DNA of 63,822 nucleotides, filler included, from Reclinomonas americana ATCC 50394 (taxonomy: Eukaryota): the NCBI GenBank assembly GCA_048213135.1. It is 11 parts of 11 records of this genome, joined end to end, with 100 filler letters (N's around TTAATTAATTAA, not from the genome) between each part and the next. Parts side by side here need not be neighbours in the genome. Positions count along the whole stretch, not along the records: positions 47,370 to 56,704 come from AFZH01018087.1; positions 56,805 to 63,822 come from AFZH01018088.1; 9 more parts are not named here. One strand, written 5' to 3'. Under the pieces are notes generated by a model. It was not told the origin of the DNA. It did not search any database and saw nothing but the letters and a program-made list of their open reading frames with translations. The translations under genes and the position numbers were made by a program. Positions 54,201-63,822 of this stretch are shown one piece after another (position 1 is the stretch's first letter; every line of letters begins with the position of its first letter).

Positions 54201-55398
54201 CGGCTTGTCATCCGGCTTGACAGCAGACTCATGCTTCTTGGCCTTGTCATCCGGCTTGGCAGCTGACTCCTGCTTCTTGGCCTTGTCATCCGGCTTGGCA
54301 GTAGCAGACTCCGGTTTCTTGGCATTGTCATCCGGCTTGGCAGCAGACTCCTGCTTCTTCGCCTTGTCATCCGGCTTGGCAGCAGCCTCCTTCGCCTTGT
54401 CATCCACCTTGGCAGCCGACTCCGGTTTCTTGGCCTTGTCATCCGTCTTGACAGATGACTCTGGCTTCTTGGCCTTGTCATCCGGCTTGCCCACAGGCTC
54501 CTGCTTCTTGGCCTTGTCATCTACCTTGGCTGCTGCGGACTCCTGCTTCTTCGCCTTGTCATCCGGCTTGACAGCAGACTCCGGCTTCTTCGCCTTGTCA
54601 TCCACCTTGGCAGCCGACTCTGGCTTCTTCGCCTTGTCATCCGGCTTGCCCACGGACTCTGACTTCTTCGCCGTGTCATCCGGCTTGACAGCTGACTCCT
54701 GCTTCTTCGCCTTGTCATCCGGCTTGCCAGCAGCCTCCTTCGCCTTGTCATCCGGCTTGACAGCAGACTCCTTCGCCTTGTCATCCACCTTGGCAGCCGA
54801 CTCCTGCTTCTTCGCCTTGTCATCCACCTTGGCAGTCTTGTCATCCACCTTGGCCGCAGCAGACTCCTGCTTCTTCACCCTGTCATCCGGCGCCTTACTC
54901 GCCTTGCTCCCGGCCGGTGATTCCGGCTTGCCTGCAGATGATGATCGTGCAGGTTGATCCGATCCCGAACGACCGGCAGTGGCCTCAGGGCTCGCCTTCT
55001 TGCCCGCGTCGCCCTTCTTGCCACTCCCACCCGCCGCAGCACTGGTCGGCGACGACGATGATGACGACGACGATGATGAGGGCTTGACCGTCGATCTGCA
55101 GCACCACCGACAATTCAGCCTCACGAATAGGAATCAACTCCTCACACAACACTGAGGCCACAGACAGAGACAGACCACACGGCACTCCCCTTCCGCCCAC
55201 ATGAACACATAGAGACACAGACAGACACAAACAGGCAGCGAGAGAATGACGCGATGAATGCCACGTGGATCCAATCGTCATCGTCTGACGCAACGGTTTG
55301 GCCAAACACCACGTGACGCACACGCTCATCACCAACACCACCACAAGCAGCGTGATCAGCCGCACATGCGACCCGTCCACACGACTCCTCCTTCTCAT
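48211..55398 (-). CDS. IRE1: IRE1 ER-stress sensor (signal peptide, K-rich repeats, luminal domain, TM, kinase, KEN RNase)
   Basis: Luminal ASTVDGYIH..FSGGPLVRSS..LIPSLDGHIY, LRTDYHV..WNITY. Kinase GTVVYAGLLGGRPVAVKRML, SDDHPNVVRYY, HRDIKPANIL, ISDMG, GTFGWQAPE. KEN YRKYDKNSATDLLRLTRNVCNHYRE. Confidence 0.93.
53560..54890 (-). repeat. Coding tandem repeat, ~34 units, mostly 39 nt/13 aa (consensus KPDDKAKKQESAA), in the IRE1 N-terminus
   Basis: Counted from ORF 53283..55124; all indels preserve frame. Confidence 0.95.
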
Positions 55399-55670
55399 TG
55401 ACGCACAAGAAGGCGTCTGAACTCCACAACGAAGTTGGATCACGTTATGGACAGAGACAATCGCGCGCGAGTCTCGTCTGTCCGAGGCCTTCTTTGGGCG
55501 AACGGCGGTGTTTTCTTGCGCGCTGCGGTGCTGTGCTGTGCGCTGCGTGTCCACTAACGGCTGCGCTTGGTTTTCGTGGCTTCAATCGACAGCTGCGTGA
55601 GTATTGCAGCTCGTGGACAGTCGCGAGCGAGCCACGTTTGTCCGTGTGATTGAAAAACAAAGCGCGCGCG

Positions 55671-58600
55671 ATGGCAGACGTGCAGGTCAGTGCTCTGCCT
55701 CTCTCTGCATGTGTGTGTGCGCTGACCACTCGCGCACTCGTCGCTGCATTTCGCATTGTTTCTGTTGTTGTTGTTGCTTGTGCTGATGTACATCTCTTCC
55801 CTCTCTTCACAGCGTGTGGTCCAAGAGGAGCTCGAGGCGGCACTCGGGCGTCAATGCACCGAGGCCCTTCGCGGGTGCGTGCTGACGTATCTGGAGCACA
55901 TTGTAATGGACTACTTGCAAGACGAGGTGGGCGTGCTGGAGGAGAGTGATGTGTTGTCGGCCATGGTGCTCTTCCTGCACGCTGCCGGCTTCTTTGTGGA
56001 GGCTGCTGGTGGCAGCAGCAGCAGTGGTGCCAGTGCGAGTGCTAGTGGGCGACTGGCAGTGCAAGAGGTCTTGCGACGTGCGTTGAGTGGATGTGAGGCG
56101 CGAGGGCTGGCGCGCGCACAGCGATTGGCCGTGCGCCCACTGGATATGCCTGTGCACTTTGACAAGTTCTTGGCCGATCAGAGCACTGCTGCAAAGGTTA
56201 CGCGTGGAGGGAGGCCGCGTCTTGTGTGTGCCACAGGCAGTTGTCCTCAATGTTCATGCATGCATGCAGGGTGTGTTTGGTTTCGGCTCGGAGATGGTGG
56301 AGGCCAACTACAATGAGGAGCTCAACTGGGCCAATGATGAGTGGAAGCTGGCGCGCAAGAACAAGAAGGATGCCAAGCTGCGTGAGAAGCAGCAGAAGGA
56401 GATTGATGAGCGCATGGCGATTCGAGGCACCAGCAAGGCCTTCAAGAAGGTGCTCTCTTGTTGCGAGTGTTGTCGTGCGCGCGCGCGCTTGCCACTGACA
56501 CCCATGCGCGCAGGTGCATCCCACTGGCGAGCGTGTCACCGGCAAGGCCGAGTTGATGCTCTACAACTTTGATGTGTCGATCGGCAGCAAGACTCTGATT
56601 GAGGCCGCCAATCTCCAACTCGCCGACGGTCATCGCTATGGCGTCGTCGGCAAGAACGGCATTGGCAAGACCAGTTTCGTGTGCCACTGCCTGTGTTGCT
56701 CCTCNNNNNNNNNNNNNNNNNNNNNNNNNNNNNNNNNNNNNNNNNNNNTTAATTAATTAANNNNNNNNNNNNNNNNNNNNNNNNNNNNNNNNNNNNNNNN
56801 NNNNTCTCTCTCTCTCTCTCTCCTCCACATCTGTCGTGTGTGCTGAAGCATCCGTGCAGCTCTGTTGCACCAGCTGTCCAGTGGCGACATTCCCGGAATT
56901 CCCGATTACCTGCAGATTTTGCACGTCGAGCAAGAGGTGTGTATTCACTCTAAACACCGCAAAGAGGCCATGCCTCACACTGCTCTCCCGTTTCAGGTGC
57001 TGGGTGATTCGACGACGGTGCTTGACAGTGTGCTGAACACGGATGTGGAGCGTCTCGCATTGCTGGCCGAGGAGGCGGACTTGTTGACGAAGAGTTGCGT
57101 CTTGCTCTTCCCACTCACTCACATTGGTCGCCGCTCATCTTTGCCGTACTGCGTTTGCACAGCCGACGACGCTTCCTCTGCACGGCTCATCAAGGTGCAC
57201 GAGCGACTGACGTTCATCGAGGCCGACCAGGCGGAGGCCAAGGCGTCGTCGATTCTCACCGGTCTGGGCTTCAGCATGGAGGACCAGAAGAGACCAACGA
57301 AGGAGTTCAGCGGCGGCTGGCGCATGCGTGTGTCACTTGCCCGTGCCCTCTTCTGCGAAGCCGACATTCTGTGCCTCGATGAACCGTTGCGTCCTTCCTC
57401 AAGTCGTTGTCACTTCGTCTACGAGGCGACTCACTTGCATGTACATTTCACAGGACGAATCGTGCGTGCCTTCTCCGCCGTACTCTTGCATCGCGCGTGC
57501 TCTAACCATGTTCCTCGCAGACCTCGACCTGTACGCTGTCATGTGGCTGGAGGAGTACCTGATGAACGTTGTGTTCTTGATTGATACCCGACCTACCCTC
57601 TCCGCCGTGCTGGACTCATTCCCTTTGCCTCCACAGTACAAGAAGACGCTGCTGGTGGTGTCCCACGCCCGTGACTTCCTCAACTCGGTCGTCACCGACG
57701 TCATCCACGTGCATGATCGCACCATTACGCAATACAAGGGCGACTACGAGACCTTTGATCGCACCCGTCGCGATGCCATGCTGTTGCGTCTCTTTACCTC
57801 GGAGTCGCGTATCCAAGTGCGCCAACTCACTCCCTCTTCACGGCACAGCCTGCAGGATCGCATGCGCGATGCACAGGAGGCACGACGGGCGCACGTGCAA
57901 ACCTTCATTGATCGCTTCCGCTACAAGGCCAAGACGGCCAAGATGGTGCAGTCGCGCATCAAGATGCTTGAGAAGATGGACTTTATTCCCGCCATGGCCG
58001 AGGATCCCTCGTTCATGTGGCACTTCCCCTCGCCGGAGCCGTGTGCGCCGCCAATTCTGCAGGTCATCGACGTGGCGTTCGGCTACTCGCCCGAGCGCAT
58101 TCTGTTCCGTGACGTGAATTTCGGTATCGACATGGAGAGTCGCGTGGCCCTGGTCGGCCCCAACGGTGCTGGCAAGAGTACATTTATCAGCGTGCTGACG
58201 GAGGAGCTGGAGCCGACCTCCGGCATGGTCGTGCGCAGTGGCAAGGTCTGCAGCTCCACACAGTGCTTCTTGCATCTGTGTACGCGACTCACTCTTCTGG
58301 CGACGGTAACAGGCTCGCATCGTGCGCTTCACGCAACACCACGTCGACCAGCTGAACCTGGTGCAGAATCCGCTCGAGTACATGCGCACCATGTACCCCA
58401 TGGTGAGCAGAGGCAGTGAATAGAACCTGCTGACTTTCACGCGCTGACTTTGTCGTGTCGCGCAGGCCAAGGAGCCGGCGATTCGCTCTCACCTCGGCAA
58501 CATGGGTGTGACGGGTGAAATGCAGCTGCAGCCAATCTACACGCTCAGTGGTGGTCAGAAGAGTCGTGTGGCGTTTGCCTACATCACCTTCCCGAAGCCG

Positions 58601-58905
58601 CACGTGTTGTTGCTCGATGAGCGTTGCGTAATCTCAGCGCATGTTCCTCGCCTTCTTGTTGCTTTTCTCACTCCACTCACTGTGCAGCGACCAATCACTT
58701 GGATCTCGACACGGTGGAGGCACTCATTGCGGCGCTGAACGAGTACGAAGGCGGTGTGATGCTCGTCAGTCACGACCAGCACTTCATCTCGGCGGTGTGC
58801 GACGAAATATGGGAGTGCGACCACGGATTCGTGAAGAAGTTCCCGGGCGACTTTGCCGACTATCGCCGCTCGCTGGAGCAGAAGCTGCATGGCGGCCTGC
58901 GTTAA
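55671..58905 (+). CDS. ABCF3: ABC-F family ATPase (ABCF3/GCN20-like); spans gap 10
   Basis: RYGVVGKNGIGKT, LHVEQEV, FSGGWRMRVSLARALF..LDEPTNHLD, LLVVSHARDFLN, TFIDRFRYKA..MVQSRIKML, GPNGAGKST, LSGGQKSRVAFA..LLDEPTNHLD; no TM segments. Confidence 0.9.
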
Positions 58906-59085
58906 TTAGTGCGAGGCGCAGAACCATAGACCGGAATGAATGTATCGCATCGTTCTATCAGCGCGCGTGCCAGTGTTTCGATTTTGTGTACATTCTTGCA
59001 GTGCTTGCTGACTGTCTTTTTTGATGATGTAAAAGAGCGGAAACAGATAAAGAAAAAAAGACCGTCCGCTCTCCACGCGCTCGCA

Positions 59086-62000
59086 TTATCGGCGAGGCGA
59101 CGTGCTCCTCCTCTCGCCGCTGAGACCCGAGTCGGAACCGCCTGCACTCAGGTGGCGATCGGATCGTGAGTACGGCGAGCGGCTGCCTCCCATCAGTGCC
59201 GACGCACTGCAACAACAAGGTGAGGGACGGTGATGCGCTGACACCATTTGAGTACTGATGCGCCCCGCTCACCTCGCTGCGGCGCCACTGGATGCCGTGG
59301 CAGTGCCGGCGCCGGGTACCTGCTGACCCTTGAGCATCAACATGGCCTGCGCCTGGCGCAACTGCTGCGACAGCTGATTCTTCTGCTCGCGCAGCTCGCG
59401 CAGTTGTCGCTCGTGCGTCTGTGCACGTGCCAAACGATGTGAGCGCGGGGATGAGGGACGACGACAAGAATGCAAAGGGCTGCGCAACATGATAAACTCC
59501 ATCCTTTTCCTGCTCCAGCGCCTGGAACTGGCGCTTCCACGACTCGCGCTCACGCTCTGCCGTGCCCAGTCGCTCGCGCAAATCGTCAATCTCGCGTCGC
59601 AGATGCTCCACCGAGCGGCTCTGCTCGTCCACAGCGCGCAGCTCGCGTTGTGACTGCTCGAGCTGCTCGTTGAGGATGTTGATGCGTGCCTCGGCATCGT
59701 TGAATCGCTCGCGTGTCTTGTCCGACGCACGAGTGGCCTCGTTTGCACGGTGCTCGGCAATCATATAGTTCTCCTCCACCATGCGAATCTTGGCCTCGCA
59801 TTCGTCGCGGTAGTGCGCCAGGTTGTTGTCGGCCTCCGCCACCTCGTACTCCAGTTGGCGAACGCGGTGCTCCAGGTCGGCACGTGCACGCAGCTCCTCC
59901 GAGAGCTTGCCACGCAGCACGCCCAACTCCTCCGTCATTGACTCCTGCACGGACGAGACAGAGGAGGGTCAGTGGCTGATGCAGCAGCAGGCGAGCGAGC
60001 TCACGGTGACGACAATACTCACCCGATCGCGCGCCATTGCAGCTCGCTCAGCATTCAGACTGCTGAGCTGCGTGGTGGTCGAGTTGAGCTCTGTCTGCTG
60101 TCGCGCCTTGACGGTAGTCAGCTCGTCCTGCAGCCTCTTGTTCTCATCCTGCAGCTGCTGCCGCTGGGCCTTGGCCGTGTCCAAGAAGTTGCGCGTCTGC
60201 ACCAGCTCCGCCTTCACCTGCTGTGCAATCGAGTCCAACGACCGTTCGCGGCCCTCGGCGGCCTGCAGCGCACTCTGCAGATGGGAGGAGAAAACGGTTT
60301 TTAGCAAATCGCACAACACTCGGGAGGGAGGCAACAAAGGGGTACGCAACTGCCAAACCACGCATCTTGGCCTGCAGCTGATCGCGTTCCTGAGTGAGCG
60401 AGTCGGCATGATCGCGAGCGTCGCGCAGCTCCTGCGCCATGAGCTGCACGCGGTGCTGCAGCTCGCTAGTCGAGTGAAAGGTAAAGGTGAGCAAGCGAAC
60501 TTGCAGCGCACCACGACACGTGCGTATGGCGAACTCACCGACACTCCTCGGTGAGCGAGTCGCGGTCCGAGACCACATTCGACGAGTTGCGTCGCTCCTC
60601 ATCGACTGCCAGTGACAGCTGCTGCATGTCACGGCGCAACTGGACCAACTCCTCATCGCGCACCATGGCCTCGCGTTGCCGTGACTCGACAATGGAGCGC
60701 AGTTCGCGGATTTCGTCCGTGTACGCCTCACTGTGATGCGAAAAGTGAGTCTCCCCGGGTGCATACAATGTGATGAGCACACACACACTCACCGCTGCAT
60801 GGCAACATCCTCTTGCAGCACGGCCACCTTTTGTACAGCACGCTCGTACTTGTCCTTCCAGTCGCTCTCCGATTCGCGCGTCTCCGCTCGTGCACTGTGC
60901 AACTCTTTCTGCAGAGGTGAAGCGCGCACTTGGTCAGCGCCCAATTCTCCCTTCCGCCAACACATATGGCCGCCACTCACCTCCAGCTGCTGTGCACGAG
61001 TGGACAGACGATTGTTCTCCAGCGTGGCATTGTGCAGCTGCAGCTCGAGAGAAGACTCGCGCTCACGAGCACGAATCTCCCACGAACTGACCTCCTGCAA
61101 CGCCTGATCACGCTCGTCCTCCAGTCGTCTTTGCGCCATACTGTGTGTGATACACGAGTAAGTAACATGAGAGACGGACGTGGATGATGGAGCCACTCAA
61201 CTGTGCACTCTGCAAGTCGGCATCCTGCCTCAGTCGCAGCGTACTAATGTTCTCGGTCAGCCGTGCGTTCTCGTCCTCGACAGCCGTGACACGATCACGC
61301 AATCCCATGACCTGCGACTGCAACTCGTCGGCAGTGCGCCGCAACAGGTCGTTCTCTTGCTCCATGGCACGCTTCTGCGACATCAATGTGCGCTCAAAAT
61401 TGGTCCGTTCCTGCACAACAGACAGAAGGCGACCGGTGAATGAAATGGACAGAAGCCAGGAAACACACACAACAAAACGCAACAGTGTCGGCGCCATCGC
61501 GCAAGTTATGCAACGCCTCCGAAATGTCGGTGAGCTGCGTCTGCAGCTTCGCATTGTGCTCCTCCAGCGCACCACGGCCGTTGCGCAACTGGATGAGATC
61601 GTCGTTCGTCATCTCATATCTGCGACGGTACTCCTCCGAGCTGCTGCGGTACTTCTCCGCCTCCTCCGCCGTGTTGCGCAGGTCGGTGAGTGCCTGTTGC
61701 AGGTTGAACACCAGCTCCTCGTTCTCCGATCGCTGCTGCGCCAGCAGACTGGCGGCGCGCGACTGATCCGCCGTCACCTTGGCTCTGCGCACGAGTCAGC
61801 CATCGCGACTCAAGAAAATGTGTCTGTCGACCATGCACGCAACAGCTGATTGCGCAGATCCGTGGCCGCATCCTGCAGCTCGCGCATAATCGTGTACGTC
61901 TTCTCCTCGTCTTCGGTGCGCCACTGCAGCACCTGGCGATGGTGGTCGTCGAGAGCCGTAGTCAGCGCCCGTACTCTCTTCTCCATCTCGTCACGTGCGC

Positions 62001-63047
62001 TTTGCAGCTGCTCGGCGCGCTTCTCGTACGACTCTTGCAATCGCTTCGACTCGGCATCTTGCGTCTGCAGCTGATTGTCGATAATCATGGCCTGGTTCTT
62101 GTTGATCTCTTGCAGGTTGTGCAGGTCTTGCTGACTGGCCGTCAACTGTGCGGCGAGAGGCAGAGGGTGAGCGCGCGCAGCACAGGAGACGACAACAGCG
62201 AGACCACAGAAACGAACATCGTGCTCGAGCTGTCGAATGCGATTGCGCAGATCGCGTGTCTCTCGCGAGTCGTGATCCTGATGCTGCAGCAGCTCCGCCT
62301 TGAGCTGCGCCACCTTTTGATTCAAATTGGTGACGCGCTCCGTCATTCGCTGCTGCTCCGTCGCACTGCGCTCCTGCAAGCGCGCCGCCGCCTCCTCCGA
62401 CTCGCGCAGTCGTCGTTGCAATCGCTGCGACATAATGAGCACAACTGCGCGATACCCCCAACTGATAATCATACCTCAGTGTCAGCGCGCAGCTGCATGT
62501 TCTCGTCCTTCAGCTTGATGATCTTGCTCTCGGTCAAATCACTGTGCACCGAGCTGCTGCTGCCACCACCACCGCCACTGCCAGTCACACGACGCACATC
62601 CGACATGATGTCGTCGTCCTCGTATTGCTGCTCGACATTGTTGAGAACAAGGCGGTGCTCATATGCCACCACAAAGAAGGAGAGACGCACCACTCGACGC
62701 CCACGACGCCCGGGTGAATTGAGTCCCATTGACGCTGCGACACTGCTGGGCGCCACCACCGATCCCAACACCGCCGCCGTCACCGGTCTTCCCGGCGACG
62801 GGATCGCCGACATTGGATTGCGCAACACGCCACTGCGATCGGCACTGCTGGCGCGATCGTACAGCGGCAACGCACTCGACTCGCCAGCTGCGGCCGCCGC
62901 CGCTCTTCCATTGCCATACATGCCTACTCCTCCATTGGTGCCGGGACTCGGTGTGCTCGAGGGGAACAGAGGCGCCTTGCGACGCGGGAGCTTGGGCGGA
63001 GAGAAGCCGCCACTGCCGCCTCTCGCACCACGCGACGCGAATGACAT
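59086..63047 (-). CDS. Large multi-exon coiled-coil protein of unknown function
   Basis: MSFASRGARGG.. low-complexity N-terminus, then many heptad-rich exons (LKDENMQLRADTE, LQRRLRESEEAAARLQE, ARINILNEQLEQSQREL) ending ..STSPRR*. Confidence 0.75.
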
Positions 63048-63450
63048 CTCTGTGTGTGTGAGAAGGGAGAGAGTCGATCAGCACGCGCGGGCCCATGCAT
63101 ATCATGAGTGGGCCCTCGACAATATGACACCAGCCCGCGGCATCAAAAGGCAGCGGAGGTGAAGGGAAGGCGCGACACACTGACACGCACACAGAGAGAG
63201 AGAGAGAGAGACACACACACGCGCACGAGCGAGAGAGAGAGAGCGCGTACACTGCTTTACGATTTGCAACGGTCGGCACTCGTTTCTCTCACGCGAACAC
63301 ACACACGCACTGGCACTGACAGAGACACACGCACACACAATGACGCAGTCACCAACCTGTACGCTACTACAACGCCCACGCACTCACACGCACAGAGAGA
63401 GGGACGAAGAGAGAGTGTCAACGCGCGTGCCACACGCGATTGATTTGCAA

Positions 63451-63822
63451 ATGGATTTGGACAAACAGAGAGAGGACTGCATGAGTGAGGCGAACCCACT
63501 CGCTGACCTTCTCAATGACTTTGATGAGGTGTGCTCCTTCCCCACTGCTCACTCACTCTCTCACCACATCAACTGATCCGCATAAAAGGTGGTCATGGAA
63601 CGGTGGTATCCAATGCTCCGAGAGCACACCTTTCGCAGCGAGTTTGTGCCCGTGTCGCCAGCACAAGCCAGCGCATTGCTGCAGATGCATCGGAAGCAGA
63701 GCACAGACGAATGCAGTGAAAGCCTGCGGGAGCTGGCAGAGAGCATTACGCGCAGCAAGGGCGATCAGCAGGAGTTCATCTTTGTGAAAATGTCGCATCG
63801 CTCGCCGAAGGATGCTGTGCTA
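63451..63822 (+). CDS. CDC123/R2K-clade ATP-grasp protein (only the 5' part is in the window)
   Basis: MDLDKQRED..FDE|VVMERWYPMLREHTFRSEFVPVS..LRELAESI..FIFVKMSHRSPKDAVL. Confidence 0.8.

Noticed and set aside
53410..54957. 515-aa plus-strand ORF and other-frame ORFs over the IRE1 repeat
   Set aside because: Antisense or shifted shadows of a stop-poor repeat. Only the minus-strand K-rich frame links to a signal peptide.

Overview
Gene-dense, intron-rich eukaryotic scaffold, most likely from a flagellum-capable protist (IFT22 is present). Ten artificial 100-bp gap spacers (44 N + TTAATTAATTAA + 44 N) break it. DDRGK1, ABCF, ATG16 and a secreted-protein gene continue across spacers, so contig order looks real. 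Hand splicing recovers housekeeping genes: uridine kinase 3' end, calcineurin A, ATG16, VAMP7, PEMT, an acyl-CoA synthetase, IFT22, DDRGK1, IRE1, ABCF3-like, coiled-coil and ARM-like proteins, and a CDC123/R2K ATP-grasp. The main highlight is a candidate Crinkler-type effector/defence locus. It has a CR-REase-like tail (3794-4043, -), a spliced [helical header]-[PD-(D/E)xK nuclease]-[atypical non-RD kinase] gene (~5111-9336, +), a DZIP3/Swt1-like HEPN RNase right after it (9437-10443, +), and an inverted REase-kinase paralogue (~31606-36502) with different ends. Other highlights: a frequent +1-shifted splice donor class (GT-TGCGT), a thioredoxin(WHEPC)-SAP-UFD1 fusion, a TM-less VAMP7 reading in frame into RING/TRAF fingers, and an IRE1 with ~34 lysine-rich luminal repeats. 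All gene models were spliced by eye and all family calls come from remembered motifs; no searches were run.
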